Assembly: GCA_021202555.1 (NCBI GenBank)
Contig: JAJQCT010000023.1
Span: 10,865 to 74,864, forward strand
Length of the DNA stretch: 64,000 bases
Direction: 5' to 3'
Origin: Clostridiales bacterium
GTDB taxonomy: Bacteria > Bacillota > Clostridia > Oscillospirales > CAG-272
In this document: positions 48,328-56,320 of the stretch, in pieces
Position numbering within the stretch: position 1 is the first letter of the stretch
Layout of the letters: each line of letters begins with the position of its first letter
Notes under the pieces: generated by a model
Databases searched by the model: none
Seen by the model: only the letters and a program-made list of their open reading frames with translations
What the model was told of the DNA's origin: nothing
Translations under genes and position numbers: made by a program

Positions 48328-50430
48328 TCAAGCGTAGCACGCCCAGATTACGGTGTCGCACGTCGGCATACTGATATAAGTCTCGTTTTTGTTTTCGTCC
48401 TCGATTTCACCGTGCGATGCCTCCCATTTAAGAAAGGTCTCGCCGGAATCGTTCACCATCGGCGCCGAAAGCGCGACTTTTTCGCCCTCGACCGAAACCG
48501 TGCCGCGGCGGCTGCCGTTCGCGGTGCCTCCATGAATGAAAAGCATATGCTTTTTCGATTCTTCAATGTCGATAAGGCGATAAACTCCTCCGCGTCTCAT
48601 TTTTTCGTCCGAAACGGTGAGAAATACCCCGTCGTTCGGCGCGCCGTCCGTGACAAGCCGACCGCCGTCCGACGATATGGCGCATATTCCGTCATCATCC
48701 CACAAATCAATTGTGAATTTCAGCGCGCCGTTGCCGTCCCCGAGAGCGATTTTCCCGCCGTCAAGGCAGAGCGTACCGGCACCATGCTTTATGTAAGCCT
48801 CAATCGATTTTGAGCTCTCGCCGTTGTCGTACTCCACTGTTTTTTCCACGCCTCTGGGAACAAGCGTGAACACGAGCTTTTCGTCCTCACCGGCGCTGTT
48901 TTCGCATAGACATACGTTTCCTTCATCTGAAACGGCGAGCGCAAAATGACCGCGCGGGTCGCAGATTTTATATTTTTTGTCGGAGGATACGGAAAACGCC
49001 TTTTTGTAGTTTTCGGGATATTCAAACGTGAATCCGCACTCCGAAAAATCGGGGTCGGGGTCATCCTTCAGTCCCGTTACGTGAACATTGTCGGGCACGG
49101 GAGTCCACGCGCCGTCAAGATTTCTGTGGGGATATATTTTAGAGAAGAATTTATAGGCGTCGATATCGTAATTATAAAGCTCGCGCCTCGTGTTTACGGG
49201 TCCTCTCGTTCCGTCCCAGCCGTCGTCCTTCGCGCATTCGTTCATGACATTGAACCAGATTGCCGAAAGCGTAGCGAAATACTCGTCGGAATTTGATATA
49301 GCGTATGTATTCGGCCATAGCCCCGCCGCCTTCGCGTGACGGTACACCATCTGAAATTCATCGGCAACAGAGCGGTCGTCCATTCTGTCAAAGCCCGCAA
49401 TTTTCACGCCGTGACCGAATTCGTGTATCATTATGTTTTCGTTTCTGTAATGCGTCGTGTAATCGGGGTCGGGACGCTCGGCGTTGTCGACGTGCCAGTG
49501 CCATATGTTGCATTCCGTTATGCTGCACGTTATCCCGCCGAAGCCCTCAACGTAAAGAGAGCCAAACTGATATGAATCCCTGTGCTCGGGAATGTTGTAC
49601 GCGCATTCGCCCTTTCCGAAAACGGAAAGCGACGCTCCCGACTTAACCATTTGCTCGGCGATTTCGGGGCAGTGCGAGAGCTGTATGTCGACAAGCTCCG
49701 CCGCGCGGCGGATTGTTTTCATTCCCCAGAGCAGCGCCGCCGAGCCGTTCACGGGTACGCCGGACTTTGAAACCGTGCGATATTTATAGTAATCCTCAAA
49801 GGGCACGTCATATTCGCTGCCGAGAAATTTCAGCTTTATTTTCGGCGCATCCTCTCCCACGGGCAGCGGAGACGCCAGCCTCACGGTCGTCATTTTGCAG
49901 AAATGAACCTTTCCGCGACCGAAGCCGTAGCGTTCATCCGTCGGCAAAGCCGCCCCGTCAAGCAGCAGTTCAAATTCGTCAGCCGAGGGGTCGGTGTCCG
50001 TTTCAAAATAACGGTCAAAATATATTTCGACGTCGCGTTCGTTTATTCGCCTTGCCGACGTTATCCGAAACGGAAGCTCTCCCGAATCATACGGCAGAAG
50101 CTCAATCGCGCACGGGTCGTATTTTTGCGTTTTCCCGTCGTCACAGTATCTTCTCATCGACTCCTCAAATTTTTCTGCCGTCTCGTCATTTTCGCTGCCG
50201 AGAGCCTCCTTCGGGAAGGCGGCGAAAAGCTCCGAAAAGGATGAAAAGCGCGAAACGCCTCCGACCTTTTTATACATCATCTCGTGCAGATACGGCTCCT
50301 TTTTGAAAAGAATAAGATCGCCCGCCTTTATTTTCGAGCGCTTTTCATCAAAAAGCCGTACTTCAACAGTCTTTGTCCCTTCCTTTATCAAATCGTAAGG
50401 ATGCGGACGGAGCTTCATTTCAAAAATCAT
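48328..50430 (-). CDS. ASCH-domain / zincin-like metallopeptidase fusion protein
   Basis: 700-aa ORF with no signal peptide. The N-terminal ~110 aa are ASCH-like ('MKLRPHPYDLIKEGTKTVEVRLFDEKRSKIKAGDLILF'). HExxH 'HEFGH' is encoded at 49411-49425, with a downstream 'SDEYFA' (candidate third Zn ligand). The C-terminal ~230 aa form a beta-rich region I could not assign. Confidence 0.55.
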   Translation of the reverse strand: MIFEMKLRPHPYDLIKEGTKTVEVRLFDEKRSKIKAGDLILFKKEPYLHEMMYKKVGGVSRFSSFSELFAAFPKEALGSENDETAEKFEESMRRYCDDGKTQKYDPCAIELLPYDSGELPFRITSARRINERDVEIYFDRYFETDTDPSADEFELLLDGAALPTDERYGFGRGKVHFCKMTTVRLASPLPVGEDAPKIKLKFLGSEYDVPFEDYYKYRTVSKSGVPVNGSAALLWGMKTIRRAAELVDIQLSHCPEIAEQMVKSGASLSVFGKGECAYNIPEHRDSYQFGSLYVEGFGGITCSITECNIWHWHVDNAERPDPDYTTHYRNENIMIHEFGHGVKIAGFDRMDDRSVADEFQMVYRHAKAAGLWPNTYAISNSDEYFATLSAIWFNVMNECAKDDGWDGTRGPVNTRRELYNYDIDAYKFFSKIYPHRNLDGAWTPVPDNVHVTGLKDDPDPDFSECGFTFEYPENYKKAFSVSSDKKYKICDPRGHFALAVSDEGNVCLCENSAGEDEKLVFTLVPRGVEKTVEYDNGESSKSIEAYIKHGAGTLCLDGGKIALGDGNGALKFTIDLWDDDGICAISSDGGRLVTDGAPNDGVFLTVSDEKMRRGGVYRLIDIEESKKHMLFIHGGTANGSRRGTVSVEGEKVALSAPMVNDSGETFLKWEASHGEIEDENKNETYISMPTCDTVIWACYA

Positions 50431-50672
50431 ATTATACCTCTCTATGAATATTTTTACGGAAGCGGAGCTTCGTTATATCTCCGCTCTAATTTTATTTGTC
50501 GGATGCGCATAGGTACGTGGGGTCCTATACGCTTTCAATCATGATACCACACCTGCCGGGTTATGTCAACGCTGACTTTTGAATAAATCGTCATTTTTCA
50601 AAAGGGTCATATCACGAAAGAGTCGCGAATATATTTTTATACGCTGATGAGAATTTTTCGGGAGGTGCGTAT

Positions 50673-51131
50673 ATGATATGCGAAACGGTTATTTCGCGCG
50701 ACGGGTTCGGCAATATCGTATCGCGCCTTATAATAAAAACGTCCGAGAGCCTTTCGGAAAACGATTTTGTCACGCGGCACACAGCAGCTGTGCGCGAATT
50801 TTACGAAACAAAATTTCAAGCCGCCGCAAAGGAATCATCTCTGCCGGTCAGGCGCGCGGGCGCAAAAACGCTCGCCATATATTATTCGCGCGGGGCGCCG
50901 ACGGAAGGAAAAAGGCAAAAATATGCATTGGTTTGCGTCGAGGTCGCAGTATTTGACGGAGGAAAACGCATATTTTACGAGTGTGAGATTCACAGATTCC
51001 GCGCTGACGACGAGAGCATTTACATGGGAGAAGCAAAAAGCGGCTCAAAGTCTGACAAAAAGCCTCACAAAATAAACGGCGCGAGCAGGAAAAGAAAGCA
51101 GGAGCTGCGTCGGCGCGGCTCACTCAAATAA
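50673..51131 (+). CDS. Hypothetical protein with basic C-terminal tail
   Basis: 152-aa ORF with a GGGAGG RBS 7 nt upstream. I recognised no motif. Its 3' end overlaps the convergent pseudopilin-like gene by 12 nt. Confidence 0.4.
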   Translation: MICETVISRDGFGNIVSRLIIKTSESLSENDFVTRHTAAVREFYETKFQAAAKESSLPVRRAGAKTLAIYYSRGAPTEGKRQKYALVCVEVAVFDGGKRIFYECEIHRFRADDESIYMGEAKSGSKSDKKPHKINGASRKRKQELRRRGSLK

Positions 51132-51599
51132 ATCCGTCATTCGGCATATGACGGAGCGCTCATATTCTGTGCCGTCAAGTGTAATGCTAAGCGTCAAAAG
51201 CCGCGTCACGTCACAAAATTCCGCGCTCGACTGGGTCACGTTTTCGATTATGACGGATCCGCCGAAGAGTATCGCGCAATCGGACGCGCTGTAAGACATA
51301 AGTACAATCTCATTTTCCTCCATGTCAAATCCGTAAAGCGTCCAGCCGTCCGCGTCAGATTCAAGCTCCGTTACGACCAGCTCCCCGCCTGACGAAATTT
51401 CATCAAGCCTTGTTTTCAGAACGTATACGGCGAAAAGCTCGTCCGAGCTTTTGAAAAGTGTATTTTCGGAGCTGTACGCGAGCTTCATGATTCCCGCCGC
51501 CGCAAGCATCACAAGTGATGCCGCGATTACAGTCGAGATAAGCTCGACTGTTCCAAAGCCGCCCGAGGCGCGGCATATATGGCTTTTAATATACTTCAC
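51120..51599 (-). CDS. Prepilin-type N-terminal cleavage/methylation domain protein (pseudopilin-like)
   Basis: N-terminus 'ASGG|FGTVELISTVIAASLVMLAAAG': Gly at -1, Glu at +5 and a hydrophobic helix. Confidence 0.55.
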   Translation of the reverse strand: MKYIKSHICRASGGFGTVELISTVIAASLVMLAAAGIMKLAYSSENTLFKSSDELFAVYVLKTRLDEISSGGELVVTELESDADGWTLYGFDMEENEIVLMSYSASDCAILFGGSVIIENVTQSSAEFCDVTRLLTLSITLDGTEYERSVICRMTDLFE

Positions 51600-51603
51600 G
51601 GCT

Positions 51604-52050
51604 TTATCTCACATCGAAATTTTCGGTTTCGATTTTGTATGATTTGAATGTGTAAGCGCCGGTGCCAAAGTCAAATACGACCACCGCTTCAATTCTCAGG
51701 CTGCGGTCTGACGGGTAGGCGTATATCATGTACGAGTCGTCGCTATAGTCAACGGCAACAAACGCATATGCGACATCATCCTCGTCCGCTATAAAGTCAA
51801 TCGCCTCAAAACCGTCTGTCAGGTACACTCCGTCCGTAAGACGATTTCCTACGGCGAGCGCCGCTTCAATCTGCCCCTCAGCCTCATATTTTGATTTCAT
51901 GTAAAGAAAAGCGTCGGTTTCCCTTTTGAGAGACCTATACGACGAGGAAAGGACTGCGGCGCATATTACCGAAACGAGAAGCACGGTGAAAATCACGTAA
52001 ATGAGAACATAGCCGCTGTCGGAAGAAAATATTGCTTTCTTGTTTTTCAC
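51604..52050 (-). CDS. Membrane-anchored pilus-associated protein (ComGG/PilX-like, no Glu+5)
   Basis: 148-aa ORF with the N-terminal hydrophobic helix 'GYVLIYVIFTVLLVSVICAAVL'. It is tightly packed between two pseudopilin-like genes. Confidence 0.4.
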   Translation of the reverse strand: MKNKKAIFSSDSGYVLIYVIFTVLLVSVICAAVLSSSYRSLKRETDAFLYMKSKYEAEGQIEAALAVGNRLTDGVYLTDGFEAIDFIADEDDVAYAFVAVDYSDDSYMIYAYPSDRSLRIEAVVVFDFGTGAYTFKSYKIETENFDVR

Positions 52051-52056
52051 TGCTCC

Positions 52057-52473
52057 TCACTCCCCGTTCCGCACAATCGTTTCAGCAAAGAGCGTCTCAT
52101 CACCGACATACACGACCTTTACTCTGAAAAAGAATGTATCCTCATCAAGCTCGGCAATTACCGTCACGTCCGCAAATGAGTGCGTAATATATACATATTC
52201 GTCCGTCTCCGTCCAAATTGCCGTATCAGAGGTATCTATTCCGTCCGCGTTCATGCTCTCGACCGCGTTTGTGATTGCGCATTCCGCGGCGGAAATCACC
52301 TCGGCGCGGCTGTTCATGCGAACGGACGCGAGAATTGACACAAAAATCGGAGAGGCGATGAGCGCGACAGCGAGTGCCGCCACAACTACCTCGATAATGG
52401 ACGAGCCTTCCGAGTTGCCGAAAAGGATTCCTGCCCTGTCCTTATTTGTTTTGCGTTTAATCATCCCCATCAT
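52057..52473 (-). CDS. Prepilin-type / TadE-like pseudopilin
   Basis: A ~23-aa leader, then 'EG|SSIIEVVVAALAVALIA' (Gly at -1, Glu at +5). Confidence 0.5.
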   Translation of the reverse strand: MMGMIKRKTNKDRAGILFGNSEGSSIIEVVVAALAVALIASPIFVSILASVRMNSRAEVISAAECAITNAVESMNADGIDTSDTAIWTETDEYVYITHSFADVTVIAELDEDTFFFRVKVVYVGDETLFAETIVRNGE

Positions 52474-53083
52474 ATTTCAAAAAGCAAAGCATGACGGCAA
52501 TATTTCCGCTTACAGTGTCACTTTCGGCGTCATATTCAAGATTTACATCAGAAATCAGCACCTTATATGTATCGGAATGCACTTCCGAAAGTATAAAATC
52601 AAGCTTTTCCGTCGGCGCCTCAAAAGATAGCAACAGGCTCACGCCGTAAAGAACACTACCGTCCGACAGCTCCGTCAGCGTCTCCGCGTCGGAAAAAGCG
52701 ATGCTGTCTCCGGGCGAAATATATTCGCCCAGCCTTTCCTCAAGCTCAACGGAATACATGATTACGTCTTCCTCGAGTATTTCAGCCGTCAACCCACAGT
52801 ATAGCTCATCGGCGCCTTCACTTTGCATTTCCTCGGCAATTTTCTCGTAGAACGCGGCATCCGACAGCTTGTCCGCCATTATGTCAATATACTCGTCAAT
52901 CGACAGGTTCAATTCGTTCTTCACTTCATTTGAATATATCGAAAGCGGCAAATATATAAAAACAATAACCGCGACGGCAAAAGCGAAAAGCAATGCCGCC
53001 GCGAGAAATGGCTTTTTTGGCGTTTTATCGTCGTTTTTCTCCGGTATAACTGTCGGCATATTAAAAACCGCCGCTTCCGGCAA
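52457..53083 (-). CDS. Single-pass membrane protein (PilO/PilN-like assembly protein?)
   Basis: 208-aa ORF with a TM helix 'FLAAALLFAFAVAVIVFIYL' followed by an acidic extracytoplasmic domain. The ORF-track start is a TTG. Alternative ATG at 53059. Confidence 0.35.
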   Translation of the reverse strand: MPEAAVFNMPTVIPEKNDDKTPKKPFLAAALLFAFAVAVIVFIYLPLSIYSNEVKNELNLSIDEYIDIMADKLSDAAFYEKIAEEMQSEGADELYCGLTAEILEEDVIMYSVELEERLGEYISPGDSIAFSDAETLTELSDGSVLYGVSLLLSFEAPTEKLDFILSEVHSDTYKVLISDVNLEYDAESDTVSGNIAVMLCFLKYDGDD

Positions 53084-53129
53084 ACGAAAGCGATTCCTTT
53101 CCGTTCAATTCAGACGGGTCTTTTTGCGT

Positions 53130-53732
53130 TCAATTGATTTCGCGCCGCCCCTCGATTGCGCGATTGAGCGTTACCTCGTCCGCGTATTCAAGATCGCTGC
53201 CGACGGGGACTCCGTAAGCAAGTCTTGTCGCCTTTACACCGAGCGGTGCGACAAGCTTTGATATGTAAAGCGCTGTAGTCTCGCCCTCAACTGTCGGATT
53301 CGTCGCGATTATCACCTCGCGCACCCCTCCATCCGAAAGTCGGCGCAGAAGCGAGTCGGTCGAAAGATTCGACGGTCCTATTCCGCGAACGGGAGATATA
53401 ACGCCGCCGAGAACGTGATAAAGTCCCTTGTATTCCCTCACGCGCTCAAACGTAACGACGTCGCGGGAATTTTCAACGACGCATATAAGAGATTTGTCCC
53501 GTTCGGGATCGCGGCAGACAGAGCAAACGTCCCCGTCCGTCATATTGCCGCAGACAGAGCATTTTTTCACCTTTTCCTTCGCCGACAAAATCGCGTCGGA
53601 AAACGCGCGCGCGTCCTCATCTGTCATTTCAAGTACGCAAAACGCCATCCGCACAGCAGATTTTTTTCCAACGCCCGGCAGACGGCGAAACATCTCCGAA
53701 AGCCTTTCTATAGGCTCGATATATTCGCTCAT
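53130..53732 (-). CDS. recR: Recombination protein RecR
   Basis: 200-aa ORF with 'LPGVGKKSA' (HhH), the zinc finger 'CSVCGNMTDGDVCSVC' and a Toprim region. Confidence 0.9.
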   Translation of the reverse strand: MSEYIEPIERLSEMFRRLPGVGKKSAVRMAFCVLEMTDEDARAFSDAILSAKEKVKKCSVCGNMTDGDVCSVCRDPERDKSLICVVENSRDVVTFERVREYKGLYHVLGGVISPVRGIGPSNLSTDSLLRRLSDGGVREVIIATNPTVEGETTALYISKLVAPLGVKATRLAYGVPVGSDLEYADEVTLNRAIEGRREIN

Positions 53733-53735
53733 GAA

Positions 53736-54080
53736 TTAAAACATTCCGGGAACAGAAAGTCCTCCCGCAACCTTTGAAAGCTCCTTTTCGTTTGTATCCT
53801 CCACAAGGCGCACCGCCTGATTTACGGCGGCGAGGATAACGTCCGAAAGCGTCTCAACGTCGTCGGGATCGACGATTTCAGGCGATATTTCGAGGCTCAA
53901 GACCTCTTTTTTGCCGTTTATTTTAAGCTTGACCATACCACCGCCCGCGGCGACATCATATTCTCTTGCGTCAAGGTCTGCTTTGAGAGCCTCCGTTTCC
54001 GCCTGAAGCTTCTGCGCCTGACGGATAAGCTGATTCATATTTGCGGCGCCGCCGCCCTGATTCAGTATTCTTGCCTTCAT
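53736..54080 (-). CDS. ybaB: YbaB/EbfC family nucleoid-associated protein
   Basis: 114-aa ORF with 'NMNQLIRQAQKLQ' and 'GGGMVKLKINGKKEVLSLEISPEIVD'. It sits in the dnaX-ybaB-recR arrangement. Confidence 0.9.
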   Translation of the reverse strand: MKARILNQGGGAANMNQLIRQAQKLQAETEALKADLDAREYDVAAGGGMVKLKINGKKEVLSLEISPEIVDPDDVETLSDVILAAVNQAVRLVEDTNEKELSKVAGGLSVPGMF

Positions 54081-54118
54081 TTCATTTCCCTCCGAAATTC
54101 AAAATGGAGAATTTTCAT

Positions 54119-55699
54119 TTAATATATATCGTCAAGCGGCACGTCCTCTTTGTCGTTTGACTCTTTTGTTCTCTTTATCGCAACGCTCCCCTCATCTATT
54201 GACCGTCCCTCAAAAACAGTGAAAAGCTCGGCGAAAAGCGGCTTATTCTTTCTGCATATCTCCTCGGTAAACGGATCGCGGCATTCGATGACAAATCCGT
54301 CTCCCATACGACCTCCGCTCATCAGCTCGCGAAAGCCCTCGAAAAAAGGAACTCTCTCAACCGCTTTTGAAATAAGCTCGCCCCAGTACGGTATCGGCTC
54401 CGCCGATTTCACACCCGCGCAGGCGTCGTCTGATTTTTCCGGCTTTTTTTCGGAAAATCCGTCTTTTACCTCGCCGCTGTCAGGCTTTTTTTCATTTTCA
54501 TCGGCATTTTTTTCGCTTCCCGAGTATTTCGGAGGTGCGACGCCGGATGACAAAAGCTTCACCGCGTCTTCAAGCGATGATACCCGTGCCGCAAGAGCTT
54601 CAGCTCGCGTATCGAGAGAGGAGTCGCACATTTTGACAAGCGTCATCTCCGCAAGCATCCGCTTTGACGAGCTGCCCCTTGCGATATTGTTTGCGGCGTC
54701 ATCAAGAAGGCTCGCCTGATATATTATATCCGCCGCCGAAAACCTTTCCGCCGTCTCCATAAGAAGCGAAAACGAAGCTTCGGGCAGCTCAAGTATTTTT
54801 TCGGGATTTTTCACCGTTTTGACTACGAGCATATCGCGGTAGAACGACGAAAGATCGGAGATAAAGACGGAAATATCGCGTCCCGACCTCACGTAATCCG
54901 ATATAAGCGAGAAAAGCGCGTCGATGTCGCGTGCGGCGACAGACGACGCGGCAGCGGCGGAGCCTTCATATCCAAGCGTACCGAGAACATCCGACACAAG
55001 CTTTTGAGTGAGCTTCTCGCCGCGTCCGCAGCACAGCTCGAAAAGCGATATTGCATCGCGCATTCCGCCGTCCGAAATTCGGGCGATTTCCGAAAGCGCC
55101 GAGCGCTCCGCGTCTATATTTTCCTGCTTTGAAATATAATCGAGCCTGTCCGTTATATCGGAGACGGAAAGACGAGCGAAATCGAATCTCTGGCAGCGCG
55201 AAATAACTGTTTCGGGCAGCTTGCGCAGCTCCGTTGTCGCGAGGATAAAAATTACGTGTTCGGGCGGCTCCTCAAGAGTTTTCAGAAGCGCGTTGAACGC
55301 GGAGACGGAGAGCATATGCACCTCGTCGATGATGTACACGCGGTATTTCATTTCTGCGGGAGTGAACGACACACCCTCGATTATATCGCGTATGTTATCG
55401 ACGCTGTTGTTGCTCGCCGCATCCATTTCGATTACATCGACGGACGCGCCCGAAAGTATCGCGCGGCACGACGCGCATTCATTGCACGGATTCCCGTTTA
55501 CGGGATTCTCGCAGTTCACCGCGCGCGAAAGAATTTTTGCGCATGAGGTTTTCCCGATTCCGCGCGGACCCGAAAAAAGATAAGCGTGAGAAACGCTTCC
55601 GTGAGACACCTGATATTTCAAAACGGAGGTTATATGCTCCTGTCCCGTTACATCGTCAAAATCAACGGAACGCCATTTTCTGTACAGCGCAAGGTGCAT
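54119..55699 (-). CDS. dnaX: DNA polymerase III subunit gamma/tau
   Basis: 526-aa ORF with 'HAYLFSGPRGIGKTS' (Walker A), the Zn module 'CENPVNGNPCNECASC', 'IIDEVHML' and 'SRCQRF'. Confidence 0.9.
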   Translation of the reverse strand: MHLALYRKWRSVDFDDVTGQEHITSVLKYQVSHGSVSHAYLFSGPRGIGKTSCAKILSRAVNCENPVNGNPCNECASCRAILSGASVDVIEMDAASNNSVDNIRDIIEGVSFTPAEMKYRVYIIDEVHMLSVSAFNALLKTLEEPPEHVIFILATTELRKLPETVISRCQRFDFARLSVSDITDRLDYISKQENIDAERSALSEIARISDGGMRDAISLFELCCGRGEKLTQKLVSDVLGTLGYEGSAAAASSVAARDIDALFSLISDYVRSGRDISVFISDLSSFYRDMLVVKTVKNPEKILELPEASFSLLMETAERFSAADIIYQASLLDDAANNIARGSSSKRMLAEMTLVKMCDSSLDTRAEALAARVSSLEDAVKLLSSGVAPPKYSGSEKNADENEKKPDSGEVKDGFSEKKPEKSDDACAGVKSAEPIPYWGELISKAVERVPFFEGFRELMSGGRMGDGFVIECRDPFTEEICRKNKPLFAELFTVFEGRSIDEGSVAIKRTKESNDKEDVPLDDIY

Positions 55700-55782
55700 A
55701 CTTCCCTCCTATACATTGTTACATTTAATACGCCAAACGAGAGCGCTTCATTCCGCGCCTCTCCAAAGCATCCTTATGCCCC

Positions 55783-56067
55783 ATATTAAGACCATACGCC
55801 GCAAAATCGAAACAATTTCACTCATGTAAACCGCACCCCGCGCTCGGAACAGGCACACCCGCGGCACATCGGATACACCGCTTAATGCTGCTTGGTTCCC
55901 CACCTGACATGGTTCACGGCTTCCGATTGCGCGGGACCCATTCTTCTACGCGCGGAAATACGGCGCAAGCCGAACAAAAAAGCCCCTCAATTGTGGACAT
56001 AACCCCTGCTTCAGCGGATTTCAGGTACAGGACACCGCTAACTCCCCGGTCTGTATGGTCTTAATAT
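55783..56067 (-). ncRNA. ffs: Signal recognition particle RNA, long Bacillus-type (scRNA)
   Basis: The minus strand reads '..GGGGAGTTAGCGGTGTCCTGTACCTGAAATCCGCTGAAGCAGGG..' (Alu domain) and '..GTGAACCATGTCAGGTGGGGAACCAAGCAGCATTAAGCGG..GATGTGCCGCGGGTGTGCCTG..' (domain IV). Both closely match B. subtilis scRNA as I recall it. A 15-bp terminal helix pairs 55783-55797 with 56053-56067. The position upstream of dnaX matches Bacillus. Confidence 0.9.
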
Positions 56068-56164
56068 GCGGCACAAAGACATCGTGACCTTGATACCGAC
56101 GATAATTATATCACACGGCATTTGAAATTACAAGCGCAAAAGAAAAAATTTTTATATCTCAACA

Positions 56165-56320
56165 GACTTGAGCGGCGAAGCCCAGCTTCGCCGCTCAGTG
56201 TCTTATTCACGGTTCACACCTCACGGTAAAATTCAGCCTGCATGACATTCCGAGACGAATCACAGATTCGCCTCGGAAGTCAGTCGAATATTCCGCATAG
56301 CGGAATATTCGCGGTTCACG
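56165..56320. repeat. Double-hairpin repeat module, older degenerate module and relic ABC gene 3' end
   Basis: Hairpin 1 at 56244-56281 (GACaTTC-CGAGACGAATC-aca-GATTCGCCTCG-GAAGTC). Hairpin 2 at 56286-56310 (GAATATTCCGC-ata-GCGGAATATTC). Tail GCGGTTCACG at 56311-56320. Relic gene end at 56214-56240. Older hairpin at 56169-56197. Confidence 0.8.

Noticed and set aside
56068-56164. Possible small peptide gene (for example ATG at 56066, 19 codons) between the SRP RNA and the ABC genes as exporter cargo or pheromone
   Set aside because: It has no RBS, overlaps the SRP RNA terminal helix, lies on the opposite strand to the exporter operon, and has no leader-peptide features.
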